DNA of 64,000 nt from Lama guanicoe (taxonomy: Eukaryota), in contig MU054187.1 of NCBI GenBank assembly GCA_013239625.1, positions 19,460,711 through 19,524,710 of the forward strand, read 5' to 3'. The number at the start of each line of letters is the position of its first letter. The first letter of the stretch is position 1. This document shows positions 13,348 to 26,600 of this stretch, piece after piece. The position numbers and the translations under genes are program-made. The notes beneath the pieces are model-generated. The model saw only the letters and a list, made by a program, of their open reading frames with translations, was not told the DNA's origin and did no database searches.

Positions 13348-14460
13348 CAGGGGCAGATCCAGATTCTGTGGGCTTGCAACTTATACAATTCAGCATTTCT
13401 TCTTTATGAAAAATAATAATGGCAAATACAGAATTAGCTACAAAAATGGATATTTGTTTCAACTGAGAAAAAGAATCACAGCCAATTACACATTTTAAGA
13501 AGCTGAGGTGAGGAGGGAAATAGCTCAGTGGGTAGAGTGTGGGCTTAGCATGCATGAGGTCCTGGGTTCAATTCCCAGTACCTCTAGTAAACAAACAAAC
13601 AAACAAAAAGACAAAGCTGACATATACCCAAACATCACAAAATCCACAAAGATAAGGTAATTTTTCAAATGAATTAACTGCCCCATACCACTCGATAATA
13701 ATACATTCCTACTGTTTTTAGCCGCATTTACTCTTTGGTTGCTTTTTTTTGTAACACATGATAAGATTTCTAGGCATTTCCATTTCACTCAAGCAGTGAC
13801 CAATTTCAAATTCTCTTGCACTGACAGTGCCCATACATCCTTTGTGGTAGCGTATTTTGAGTCTTATGTTATCTTGATCAATGTTGGTATTTCCTATCAA
13901 AATAGCAAGAGATTTATGTCTTTTTTCAATGTGTTGATGTAATTTACTTCTCTTTGGTAATTTGATAATCAAATAATCCAAAAGCTTATTCATCACTTCT
14001 TTTCAATATGTATCTCTTTATGTTAATTAATTGTGACTCTTGGTAGGATATGAAGGTTTTAAAAATTATAATTAGCTTCTAGATATCAGAATAATTTCTA
14101 ATCTTTATTGCCTTTGTTTCATATTCCATTAACTTTTATCTGAATTTATGTATATTTATTGATAATGTCATCTAAAGATGATAAAATGGTTTTCATATTT
14201 ATATAATTCAGGAGCCTGTAATTTCTTACTTTTTTTTGAAACATCTTTCCAAATTACAGTTAAAATGGCATACACAAACTTTATCAACTTTTTAATAAAA
14301 TTCTTGTTGAAGGTTTTTCCTAAGTCTTCAAAAATGTACTTTAGATTCTTGAAGTATTATTGTTCCCATGCTTTAAGTCTTGAATAAATCTTTGAGTGTG
14401 TTTTTCACATCCAGAGTTGTTAAAGAAACTTAAGTGTTGTTAAAGAAAAATCCAAGTGCC
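13348..14460. mobile_element. Probable hAT-Tip100-type (ORSL-like) DNA transposon remnant
   Basis: Terminus CAGGGGCAGATCCAGATTCTGTGGGCTTGCAACTTATACAATT recalled as hAT-Tip100-like; AT-rich body; distal boundary uncertain. Confidence 0.45.
13510..13613 (+). mobile_element. tRNA-Ala-derived SINE (Vic-1-like), short form, nested in a DNA transposon
   Basis: SINE head plus (AAAC)n tail; TSD AAGCTGA at 13500-13506 and 13614-13620. Confidence 0.9.
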
Positions 14461-14819
14461 ACGTGTCTTTTAAATGCTCCATCTACAAGAAGGTTAAATA
14501 AAACAAAAAAGTGTTGCAAAATTGGAAGCAATCAATTTTCCCCCACCAGTGAGAATGAATGAGCTGTGTACTGCAGACATTCTGAAATTTTTTAATATTT
14601 TAAAGAGCACTTACAGCCATTTGTCTTCACCACTGCATATGCTAATCACTATATTAAGTACTTTATATGCCTTACTGCTTTTTTATTTCCACAACCATCC
14701 TATTAATTGTGGATATAATGACTATTATTATCTTCATTTTACAGATTAAATAGTAGCTTGAAAGCATATGTATCTAGCAAAAGACTGAGCCAGAGTCAAG
14801 CTCAAAAATTCAAGCTCTG

Positions 14820-15333
14820 TCCATTGACAGATGATTGGATAAAGAAGCTGTGGTATATTTATACAATATAATGTGACTCAGTCATAAAAAATTGAAATAA
14901 TGCCATTTGCAGCAACATGGGTAGACCTGGAGATCGTCATTCTAAATGAAGTAAGTCAGACAGAAAAAGAAAAATACCATATGATATCACTTACATGTGG
15001 AATCCATAAAAGACACAAATGAACTTATTTACAAAACAGAAACAGACTCACAAACAGAAAATTAACTTATGGTTACCAGAGGAGAAAGTGGGTAGGAAAG
15101 GATAAATTGGGAATTTTAGATGTGCAGTAACCACTATATATAAAATAAACAAGTTTATACTGTATAGCACAAGGAACTATATTTAATATCTTGTAGTAAC
15201 CTATAATGAAGAATATGAAAAGGAATATATGTATGTACATGTATGACTGAAACATTATGCTATATACATTGGAAACTGATGTAACATTATAAACTGACTA
15301 TACTTCAATTAAAAAAAAACAAAAAACAAAAAC
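14820..15333 (+). mobile_element. 5'-truncated L1 (ORF2 end + 3' UTR)
   Basis: GAAATAATGCCATTTGCAGCAACATGG motif, A-rich tail; TSD CAAGCTCTG at 14811-14819 and 15334-15342. Confidence 0.88.
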
Positions 15334-16459
15334 CAAGCTCTGAATCTGGGAGTCAGGCTCTTAACTATTACAAGATACTGCTTACTTTGACTGCTGTATT
15401 AATGTAAGTGAAAAAAAAAAGAAGATTTAAAAAAGGAAGTATTTGCCCTACAGTACCTGAAATATCCCCATAGCCTTAGCTTGAGCTACATGTGGCGAGA
15501 AAAAACACATTTAGCAAAGTGGAAGTGGTCAATGTTTTTTCCCACTCCTTGTTATAATGGTTGATTAGATCGTGGCAGACATTTTTAGCATCTGAGACCT
15601 GCAAAGGAGCACATAGACTTAAGCTCTTTCACTGTTTTGCTGACTATACAAGGCACAACTTTAGCGTCTTGGAAGGGGGGTGGTATCTTGTCCCCTGACT
15701 GACTGCAACCTTTGTTAAACTCTATCACCAGACTGAGCCGCAGGTTCCTCATCTATAAAATATGGAGAACTACACTAAATGGTCTCTGAGGTTTTTTTCC
15801 CCCAGGTCTAAAATTTTATAAACTTCAATTGCAGTGCCTGTTTATGCAGGAACACAGGGTTCCTGATACCAAAGACATGTATTCATTTTGCTGCAGTCAC
15901 ACTATTTAGGGATGGAGTCATAGTTCCAGGCATAATATATAGTAGAAGACAAATCAAACTATTCCCTTTTCTCAAATATTCTGATTTATTAACTATCCAT
16001 AAAGTTAAAATGAAGGAGCTTTGAGATTAATATGCTCTATATATGTATGTAAGTCAGGGTATTATGGGAGATAATACCACTAATAATTAAAATAATACTA
16101 ATGCTCTCACTTGCATTGTATGTGGATATGTAAGTTCTGTAAATCCAATTTAGAAAGTCAGTCATTACTGAGGCATGTGTACAAGTAAATGTTCCTGACA
16201 AAGAATTATAAATGACCCATAAGCTTATGAAAAAGTATCAATATTACTGAGAATCAAAGAAGTGAATATTAAAGGAAAGAAATGTAATTTTCTACCCATT
16301 AAACTGATAAAGAGTGAATGAAAGTGTAATTTGGCAATTCTTTCTAAGAGAAAATTTTGTGGCATGTTTGGAATTTTGCATACTCTTTAACCCAGTATAG
16401 TTTATCTCCAGAAACTGATCCTAAACAGATAATCACACTGAAAGCTACAAAAAACTTGT

Positions 16460-18150
16460 TTTTTTTAAAGACCCAAATAAATGGAGAGACAGCTTGTGTT
16501 CATGGATTAGAAGACTTAGTATTGTAAAAATATCCATATTACCGAAATAAATCTACAGATTCAATACCTATCAAATTTCCAATGCTGTTTTTGCAGAAAT
16601 TGAAAAGCATGCCCTCAAAATAATACAGGATTGAAAAAGTCTCCAAGGAGCCAAAATAACCTTTTAAAAAAGTGGAAGACTTACACTTCCTAGATTCAAA
16701 ACTTACTACAAAGCTGCAACAATCAAAACAGTGAGGCACTGGCATAAGGAGAGACAGAGAGAGAGTGGAATAGAATTGATAGTTCAGAAGTAGATCCATA
16801 CATTTATGACCAATTTCTTTTCAACAAGGGTTCCAAGACCATTCAATATGGAAAGGAATGGTCTCTTCAACAAATAGGACTGGGATGACTGGATATCCAC
16901 ATACAAATGGATGATTCTGGACCCCTACCTCACACCATAATATAAAAATCAACTCAAAATAGATCAACAGCCTAAATATGACCTAAAACCATAAAACTCT
17001 TTGGAAAAAAGTTAAGAGTGAATTTTCATGAACTTGGGTTAGGCAATGGAGTCTTAGATATGACCCCCAAAGCATGAGCAACAAAATAAATAAATTAAAA
17101 AAGACATGTTACTCTTCATCAAAATTAAGAATTTTTGTGGGTCCAAGGATATTGTCAAGAAAGTGGAAAAAAACAGTCTACAGAATGTGAGAGAATATTT
17201 GCAAATCATGGATCTGGTAAGGGTCTAGCATCCAGAATATATAAAGAAATCTTACAACTCAACAACAAAAAAAGGCAGACCAAATTTAAAAAATGAGTAC
17301 AGGACATGAATAAATATTTCTTCAAAGAAGATATACAAATGGCTAACAAACACACGAAAAGATGCTCAACATCATTGGTCGCTAGAGAAATACAAACTAA
17401 AATCACAATTAAGTACAACTTCACGTCCACAAGGAAAGCTATAATTAAAAAAATGCAAAACAATAAGTGTTAGCAAGGACTTGAAGGAATTGGAATTCTT
17501 ATACACCGCTGGTGGGAATGCAAAATGGTTCAGTCAGGATGGAAAACAGTTTGGTGGTTCCTCAAAAAGTTAAGCATGGAATTACCATATGACACAGTAA
17601 TTCCACTGCTAGAAATATACCCCAAAGAACTGAAAATAGTTACTCAAACAAATACATGTACACAGTATTCATTGCAGCATTATTTCACAACAGCTCAAAG
17701 TGAAAACATCCAATTAATGGATGAATGAATGAACAGATGTGGTACATGCATTCAGTGGAATGTTACTCAGTCACAAAAAAAGAATTAATTAGTGATCCAT
17801 GCTATAATGAAGTTTAAAAACATGCTAAGTGAAGAAAAAAAAAAAGCTGAGTGAAAGAAGCCAGACACACAGGGTCACATATTGCATGATTTCATTTATA
17901 GGCAGTATCCAGAATAGATAAACCCATAGAGGTAGAACACGGATTGGTGATTGTCAGGGGCTGTGGAATAGGGGAATGCGTAGGAATTACTTAACAGGAT
18001 AAGAGGTTTACTTCGGAGTGATGGAAGTGTTTTGGAAACAGCTACTGGTAGTAATTGCACAATGCTGTGAACATACTAAACGCCACTGAATCCTTCACTT
18101 TAAAATAGTCAATTTTATGTTATATGAATTTCACCCCAAATTATTTTTTA
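16460..18150 (+). mobile_element. L1 (L1MB-like) ORF2 3' portion and 3' UTR, degenerate
   Basis: TGTTCATGGATTAGAAGACTTAGTATTGT, CTCTTCAACAAATAGGACTGGG and GGTGGGAATGCAAAATGG are ORF2 motifs; ends GTTATATGAATTTCACC. Confidence 0.88.
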
Positions 18151-19281
18151 AAGTCAGTAGAGACTATCTTTAAATAGGAGTCTTATGCATGATTTGTTTT
18201 GTCATTTATCTACATTTAAAGAATTTTAATGATGAACAGAATTATTTTAATAATTAGGAAAAAAATTTTTTTTAATTAACTGCCAAGAACCTCACGATTT
18301 TAAGCTACACCTTAAGGCAGCTGGAAAGAAAATGGCTAAGAAAAATCTAAACATCTTTTTACATACTTTGAGAAAAACATGTCTTTGAAAAACATGTTAA
18401 AAGCGTAAGATTTATAATCTTCATCTCTGTTCATTAACAATTAAATTTCTTTTCATGTATTGCTTCCTAGAACCCTTTTAAGCAAAAGAAGAATGGCAGC
18501 AGAAAAGTTCATAGAATTATTTTAGAGCTGGTGTCTTTGGGAGAAAAAAGAGTCGGTGAGAAGGGGTGGGATTACTGAGATGAAAAGGTAAATTCAAATC
18601 TCCTTTTATAAAAAAAAACAACTAAACATTTAGTCCATTTCACAGCTGGCTTTGTTTTCTCTCCCTTTCCCTGCCTGATAGAGAATTGAGAGAAAGTAAA
18701 TGCACGGTACTATTTTTTTTTTTTGGCTTTAGTCACGAAACTATTCCCTGAAGAGTTTAGCTCAAGCAGTCGAGTTTTGGTTTGAAAAAATTAGAGAAGC
18801 AATAAAGGAGAAGGATGCACACTTCTCAGGGCTTCTAATTTCCTTCGGCAATGAGTTTCCTGCTTAAATGTGCGTGGAGTTTGTCCTCCTTCCTTATGGG
18901 AAAATATGTTTAGAGGCAACTCTTCCAGGAGCCAAGTTTCTTTCTGGTGCTCAGTTTGCTCTGTTGGGGAAAAATACATACAGTTAATACCAGCCCAACC
19001 CTGCATGGGAAATATCTGGAAGAAAGTGGAAGGTGTTGTTGAAAGGAATAATGAATCAGAGCTTTACATTTTTCTTTCTCTGAGCTACTTATAAGAAAAC
19101 TGTAAGTATCTAATAAAATAATTAGATGCTGAAAGAGACAATGATGTCCCGACCGTATGAATCAAAATTTCCTTATGGGCTTGTTAAAACTACAAATAGC
19201 AGGTCCAACCCTAGAACCACTGAAATAGAAACGGTAAAATTACTTTAAAAAAACCCCACAGACACACATACATGTACTAAA

Positions 19282-19489
19282 CCAGAGGTCAATGAACTAT
19301 GACCAGTGGACCAAACCCCACCCGCTCCCTGTTTCTGTGAGTAAAGTTTTATTGTCAGAGACACTCTCAGTCCGAGGCTGCTTTTGTGCTAAGATGGTAG
19401 AGTTGAGTATTAGCGGCATAAACTCTACAGCCGGTAAAGCTTAAAATGCTTACTGTCTAACCCTTTACTGAAAAAGTTTGCCACCCCTG
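19282..19489 (+). mobile_element. MER58-like hAT-Charlie MITE
   Basis: CAGAGGTCAATGAACT...GTAAAGTTTTATTG...GAAAAAGTTTGCCACCCCTG. Confidence 0.78.
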
Positions 19490-19496
19490 CTCTGAG

Positions 19497-19815
19497 CCGG
19501 TGCTACTCAAATTCTAATGTGCATACAAATCATTTAGAGATCATCTGAGAATGAAGATTCTGATTCAGTGGGTCTGGGGTGAGCCTGATAGTCTGTGTCT
19601 CTCAAATCTCCCAGGTGATGCTGATGCTGCCAAATCATAGATCACATTTAGCAGCATGACCTAGAGAAGAGGTTCTCAGAATACAGTAAATGCACACTTT
19701 CAGCTCCGAGGCAGACTTGCCGACTCAGAATTGCTACGGGTCGGACCCAACAATCCATGTTTCCTCAAGCCCTGCAGGTGATTTCTGATGCATACCGAAG
19801 CTTGTGAACCACTTG
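19497..19815. mobile_element. Two adjacent MER5-like hAT-Charlie MITEs
   Basis: GATTCTGATTCAGTGGGTCTGGGGTGAGCCTGA...CCCAGGTGATGCTGATGCTGC and a second copy ending GCTTGTGAACCACT. Confidence 0.72.
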
Positions 19816-20609
19816 TCTAAATTTTCCTTATGCAAACTAACACCTAATAACCGCTATCTTCAAAGAACCTGAAGTCATATGTTTATGTTAGACCCCTTAA
19901 CATGGATCTCCTAACACAGTGTATATTTATTGATCGTAATAATCAAAGGAAGGAGATCCTCTATGAAATTGTCACTTAAGACCGTATTATTTATTTCTTC
20001 CTTGTACATTTAGGATGGCAGTCTCAAGTAAATAAAATTTCAAACGTGTTTTCATTGGTTTATTCTGGTTTCATGAATATTTCACTTTGAGGGAAGTCTT
20101 CTGTTTCTGTGGCTGCTCAGAGTAGTTTCAATGCCATGTCATTTCTAAAGCGATCATCAGAGGGAGCTGGTGTCACAATTCTAATCCTTAAAGATCCTGG
20201 GAATTTCTCCTCATTGGCTGAATCAAAGACAGAACGACCTCTTGACCCATCCTTGAGTAAAATGCTGCTGTTTGGATGTATAGTTCCCACTGTCCGTGTT
20301 ATATACAGCTCTTCCTAATGCCAAAACAGCTGTCTGATAGACATCGAACTGAGTATAACCTGCTAGCAGTTCTATGCAGTAACTTTCAACATTCACAGAC
20401 TCCCTAATATACTCAAACAATGTTGACGGTACAGGAGACTACTAAAAACACATACTGTTCTCATTACACAGAGGCTTCTGGGGAGAGCGGGTGTTGGCAG
20501 AAGCATTTAAGTAAATAAATCTAACCATATAGAATATGATCCTTCACCAAGAGCAGAGAGGCGCTGAGACTAACAGATAGATGCTTTGGTGAATTTCCTA
20601 AAAGTGGCC

Positions 20610-21005
20610 TTTTGGGTACATGACATGAGTGGTCACAGGAGGAACTAAGCTACGTGGCGCTAAGCTGAATGATGTCCCTTACCATAGCACTAGAAGACGT
20701 GTGATCTGTTAATCTAATTGTCCAGTTCGTCAGCAGGAGAGACAGTGTTTACAAAATGCAACAGAAGATATTCCCAGAGGTGGAGGACCAGCACACAGAT
20801 GGCAAGTGGACAATATTAGGAAAATTTCAATGGGTTTTGACTGGCACAGATTTAGGACTTGGCTTTGCTTATCCAGTAATATAAACTCATGTTAATAATA
20901 CAGTAAAAGGGTTGAGACAAAAGATACTGTATCAATTCGTCCTCCCAAGTGACACTTTTCCTGACCAAGGAAACCACTTTATGGCCCATTTTGTACAATA
21001 TGGGC
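20610..21005 (+). pseudogene. Decayed ERVL/class III retroviral integrase fragment
   Basis: Frameshifted peptides read by eye: WVHDMSGH, NCPVRQQER, IPRGGGPAHRWQVDNI, QWVLTGTD, GLGFAYPV, DQGNHFMAHFVQ. Confidence 0.75.
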
Positions 21006-21589
21006 CAAATACTTAGCGCAATGGGGACTCAATAAATGTTTGCTGATGGATGACGGGACAGGTGGAGGACTGACTGGCTGACTGGATCAATGGGCTAAAG
21101 AGATAACTGGGGTCTGATGAGGGTGTTATTGGTGGGAATAAAAGCAGAAGACAAACTAGAGAAACACTGTATAGCTAAACTCTCAGGGTTTGATAATTAT
21201 TTGGATATAGGGACATAGAAGTCCGTGGATACAAAAATGACTGTTGACTGAGGGATAATAAGGTCTTGAGTGCTAATAAATTAGAAAGCTAACTGAGCTT
21301 GGGTGGTGAGAGGTCAGAGATGTGTTTAACTTTAGACTGAGTTGGAGATGCTACACCATCTAGGGTGAGATAAAGAAGTAGCTGTTGATACTGCAACTTT
21401 AAGGTTTGGAAGAGAGGTTTGGACTAGAAATAGAGCTTGGAGTTATCTTTATAGAGATGTTACGCTAGCTTAGATATATGATACGAAGAACGCATATTCA
21501 ACCACAAATGAACTGATCCACTCAACAGCATTTATCCAAGTTGCAACATGTTCTCTACTCTGGGCCACAGGCTGAGCTGTAGAATAGCC

Positions 21590-22880
21590 AACATATGGGA
21601 AGTACTTATTCTGTGACAGGCACTGCCTGGTGCTAAGATTGGAATAGTGAATTTTGATGAAACTTAGCTCCTAGTGGGGAGAGATGGAAAATAAATTAAT
21701 AAGTGAAATATATACTATTAGATTGAGATATGGAGAAAAAGTAAGGCTGGAGAGCAAGATAGGGAATGTTAGAGTTAGGGGCTTTTAGTTTTAAATAGTG
21801 TGACCAGGGAAGGCCTCACTGAGAAAATAACATTTGCACAAAGACCAGATGCAGGTAACGGAGCAAGGCTATAGGAAACAAATGTTCCAGGCAGAGTAGC
21901 AAGTAGCAGCTGGAACAGTAAGTGCAAAGGCCCTGGGGTGGGAACATGCCTGGAGCACTGGAAGAATGACAAGAAGGCCAGTGTTTCTGCAGCGAACTTA
22001 GCAGGGGTAGAGTAGAAGGAGGTGAGGTCAGGGAGGCACCAGGGACCAGTGAAAGTGACTTTGACTTTCATTAAGCATGAGATGAGAACCTGCTGGAAGG
22101 ATTTTAGTGAAGGAGTGACATTATCCAATTTATAATCTAATAGTATCACTTTGGTTTCCATTGGGGGGAAAAAAAACTAAAGGGGCAAGAACAGAAGCAG
22201 TTAGAAGGTTGATTCAGGTAAGACATGATGGTGGCTCAGGCTAAGTTAATAATAGTGGAGGCAGAAGCCAGTGGTTGCATTCTGAATATATTTTGAAAGT
22301 AGAGCCAATAAGACTTGGTGATTAATTGATTGCAGGGTGTCAGAGAGAAAGGGGAGTAAAAGCTGACTCCAGCGTTTTTTTTGCCCTGAGCTGTGGGGAG
22401 CATGGTGCTATCACTGGCTGAGCTGGAAAAGACCTGAGATGGAGTTTGTTGGAGGAAGCAAGGATCAAGAGTTTTGTTGGACAAGTAAACTGCGAGATCC
22501 CACTAAATAACCAAGTGGAATCAAGGAGGATGCTGTTTTATACATGAGTCTGGAGTTCAGGACAGAATTCTAAGCAGGAGCTATAGATGTGGGAGTTGAC
22601 TTGTGCAGATGGTGTTGGCAACCTGAAGTGGATGAAATCACTGAAGGAATGAGTGTGAGCAGAGAGGAAAAAGAGCTCAAAGGCTTCAGCCTTGGAACAT
22701 TCAATATTTAGAATCAGAAAAAATTTCAGGAACTAATAAAGGAGAGGACATCAGGGAAGTTATACTAACAGGAAACACAGACGAAATAAGTGTAAGTGTG
22801 TTTGTACTCATTACAGAGGGGGGTTCAAAAGACAGAGAGAGGTGTCAAGTTTATTGAGGTCAAGAAAGATCTGATAGAGA
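21590..22880 (-). mobile_element. L2 LINE fragment(s)
   Basis: AAGTGCAAAGGCCCTGGGGTGGGAACATGCCTGG, GGGAAGGCCTCACTGAGAA and GAGTCTGGAGTTCAGG are minus-strand L2 motifs. Confidence 0.78.
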
Positions 22881-22959
22881 AGGATCCACTGGAAACGGGG
22901 TGAGGCTGCTCCAGACTGAGACCAATGAGATTAACAAATCCAGCTCACTGTGGTTGTGG

Positions 22960-23170
22960 GGTCAGCAGCAATGATTTTGGAGCCAGAGTGCCTGGATTTG
23001 AATCCTAGCTCTGCTGCTTACTAGCTGTGTGACATTGGTCAGATCACTTAACCTCTCTGGGCCTCAATTACCTCATCTATAAAATACAGATGATAATGGT
23101 ATATACATCATAAAGTTGTTATGAGGATTAAATAATTTAATATTTATAAAATTCTTAGATTATATACCAT
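22960..23170 (+). mobile_element. MIR SINE
   Basis: CCTGGATTTGAATCCTAGCTCTGCTGCTTACTAGCTGTGTGAC...ACTTAACCTCTCTGGGCCTCAATTACCTCATCTATAAAAT. Confidence 0.88.
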
Positions 23171-25260
23171 GATATGTGCTATAGAGAAGTGTTTGGATTT
23201 GGCAGTTGCCTGAATGATCATCAATGATTTTGGACAGAAGAGGTTCTATTGGGCTGATGGAGTAGAAGCTATCTACTTAGAGGTGAAGGAGGAAGTGGGT
23301 ATGGAAAAGACAGAGAACAGTCGAGCCCTTGATTCGACAATAGTTCCGAAATAGATATTCACATCAATTTAATGGAGAAAGACCCCTGTGATGTTTCCAG
23401 GTACACCAAGATGCCTGTGTTCAAAACTCATCATCTACTTGGTTGTTATTATATGAAATTTCTGAATTTGACCATTTTCAGACTACAAATATGGCAGTTT
23501 CATATGATTCAACCCAATATTCAAAAATATGATGTGTTAAATTTCTTACTGACTAGAAGTCAGATTCTCAAGTCCTTTGCATCAGCTATCAACCCTCAGT
23601 CTATAGAGAATATCTGAGGCAAAAAAACTACTAAGAATGCTTTGTGGTTCACAAAACTCATAGATGAAGGATAAACAAAATTGACAAATTATTCATTTCA
23701 TTTTTAGTGTTTGTTAATAATTTATGCTTTCTGTAAAGCATAATAATTTCTATAATACAGTATGAGCAATAAGCAGCTTTCTTTTTGTTAGGTTTCCACA
23801 AATATTCTGAAAATAAAAATCTTGCTGCAGATCTCTCAGTTTTTAATCTATTTTCGACAATGAAATAGCTATAGTAGAATGAAACAAAGGTAATCCATCT
23901 GCTAAAGGCATCATTGAGTGAAAGCAACTTCAGTGAACTTGATTATTTTGGACCTTACTTCTGGCTTCAGTAAATTTTTCTCAGATTTAATTGCTTTGAG
24001 GCCAATGATGAAGGGCATGTAAAATGCAATTAACAGATAAAACATATCTCTTGTGATTTGATATTAAACCGAAGTGATGGAGTGTGACATTAAAAAATGG
24101 TATCAGAGGTCCACATTTTACTTTAATTATATCAATTTCAGACTCTGGAACGCTGCAGTCTCACACATGCTTAATTAAATTATGTCAGAACCAAAACTTG
24201 TAGGTCAAAAATTTTTTGGAGGAAGTTTCAGAGTCAGAGAAGAGCAATTCTTTGCCTTTCTGGCTACTGAACCAGAATAAACTCTTAAAGTTTTATCTTG
24301 AAAATTTGTGGTCATGATTTGAATGGAATTCAAAGCCCCTAAGACACATGACATCATTTGCCACATACTTAAGGCTCATGGAAAGGAAAGTGGTCTGTAA
24401 TAATTCCACATCTCCGTCCCCCATAATTAGTTTCAGACCGATATATTTTTTTGAAGATGTAAAAAACAAACCACAAACAGAGACTAATATCATTTTTTAA
24501 CAATTAAAGAATTAAACCATTTTTCCCCAAAGAAAAAATTGAAAGCTCTAATTATATCCATTTTATAGATAAGAAACTAGAGCTTTAAGACGCGAACGCT
24601 GAGACTGTAAATTGCTGGTTGTACAGTTGATGTCCAGGCTCACCTGTAACATACCACGCACTGAATTCCTAGTCTAAGCGTTCCTTTCAGTGGATTAGAT
24701 CGATATGCAGGAATTACATTTTTCCTTCCCTGCCCTTCCTTCTGTTAATAGTCATGCTCTTTCTGCCCCTCTAGTGTTCATGTCCTGCCCTCTTCTCCAC
24801 TTTACCCGTTTCCTAAGAGGCACCCCATGATAAAAGTTCAAGTACAAGTCATTGCAGGAGTCTGTGGTCTTCATTCGGGGGACCTTAGTCAGATTGTAAG
24901 ACTAAGTAAGTCTTCAGGGCATGTCGGTTACATAGATCCTGAAGAAAGTATTTGAGACCACAGAGAATGTCAGCTACGGACAGTTTGAGGTAGACCAGTT
25001 ATTTGCTGGGGTCTAAGCCTGTGCTTTTGGAACATTTTAAGATGAGGTTAAAAACCTTGAGAACAAAACAAAACTTATATTTTATATTTGTTCAGTGTAT
25101 TTACTTGGTTAGCAAATAGATTAGGTAATTCTATTCATAATAATAGTTCCCATTCACTGGATAACATGTGCTATATTTACGCATGAGGTATCTATCCATA
25201 TATACGTAATATAGTTCCCATTTAAATGGGTATTAGGATCCTTTAAAGGTGAGACAACAG

Positions 25261-25390
25261 GGGGGAGGGTATAGCTCAGTGGTAGAGTGTGTGCTTAGCA
25301 TGTACAAGGTCCTGGGTTCAATCCCCAGCACCTCCATTAAAAATATATATATATAAGTAAGTAAACCTAATTACCACCCCCCCCCAAAAA
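25261..25390 (+). mobile_element. tRNA-Ala-derived SINE (Vic-1-like), long form, inserted in a MIR
   Basis: Near-intact tRNA-Ala(AGC) head, A/T tract, CCTAATTACC-poly(C)-poly(A). TSD AAAGGTGAGACAACAG (25245-25260) / AAAGATGAGAAAACAG (25391-25406). Confidence 0.92.
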
Positions 25391-25824
25391 AAAGATGAGA
25401 AAACAGAGGAAGTGACTTGCTCAAGATCATACAACTAATATGTGGCAGAGCTGAAATTCAAACTCTCTTCCCTCTGGATCCAAATTCCAGCCTTTTTCCA
25501 CCCCACCACGTAGTCTCCAAAAGGGGCCTTCAGATATTTCTTATCACACTCGTGGCTGTTAGTGTGACCTTGTGAAGTGGAAGATCTAAAGTTATTGTGT
25601 GGTCCCCTCAAAATCCACTTCCCTAATTGCTGAACTCAACCAACTCCGGCTGCACCCAGCTGTCAGGTTAACCCTGAAGTAAAAACTTTCAAGTTAGATA
25701 CCCTGTAATGAATTAAAATGCTAAGAGGACTCTTTCCTAAGCCAGGATTAGTAACAGATGTAGAATTTCATTGAACCCCTTACTGTTTTTGCCCCTGAGA
25801 CATGTAAGATATTTCCAACTTCTT

Positions 25825-26018
25825 TTTTAAATTTATTTTTATTTAAAAAATGTTTTTAATTTTTATTTTAAAATTTACTTTTAGGTTTTTGTTTTGTTTT
25901 GTAGGGGAGGTAATTAGGTCTATTTAATTATTTTTTCTTTAATGGAAGTACCGGGGATTGAACCCAAGACCTCATGCATGCTGAGCATGCACTCTACCAC
26001 TGAGCTATACCCTCCCCC
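25825..26018 (-). mobile_element. tRNA-Ala-derived SINE (Vic-1-like), long form with extended T-rich tail
   Basis: SINE body 25900-26018 on the minus strand, preceded by a long T-rich tract. Confidence 0.88.
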
Positions 26019-26069
26019 TCCAGTTCTTTCACTAACATTCATATTTTCTTTTTAACAGTAAACATTTGC

Positions 26070-26600
26070 AATTAAAGCCCAACACCAGGAAGAGAAGAAA
26101 GCACAAATCCTATGTGTACAGCTTGGTGAACTATCACAACACAAAGCACCCATCTAATCATCTTCCAGGTAAAAAGCTTGGCCAGCACCCTGAAGCCCCC
26201 CATTCCCTACCCACTGGCTACTCCTTCTCTCCTTCCCAAAAGGAATCATTGTCTTGGCTTCTAACATCATAGATTAGTTTACCTATTTTTGAATTTTTTA
26301 ATAAGCAGAATATTCATGTTTTTAATCTCTGTGTGGTTCTTTCATTCAACATTATGTATGGAATTTGTCCAAGTGGTTACAAGTAGCCATAAATCTTTCA
26401 TTTTCCCTGCTGAATGCTGTTCCATTGTATGAATAAACCACACTAACAAATCCATTCTCCTGTTTGAACATTTGAGTTCTTTCCATTCTGGGGACCATTA
26501 CATACAACATTACCACGAACATTTTTGTATGTCTCTTGGTGTAAATGTTCAGCTGTAGTAGAGAATCCCAGATTCCCGAAGCGGTTGTACTAATTCACAA
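26070..26600 (-). mobile_element. Old L1 (L1ME-like) fragment
   Basis: TTCCATTGTATGAATAAACCACA, TTCATTCAACATTATG and related old-L1 motifs. Confidence 0.6.
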
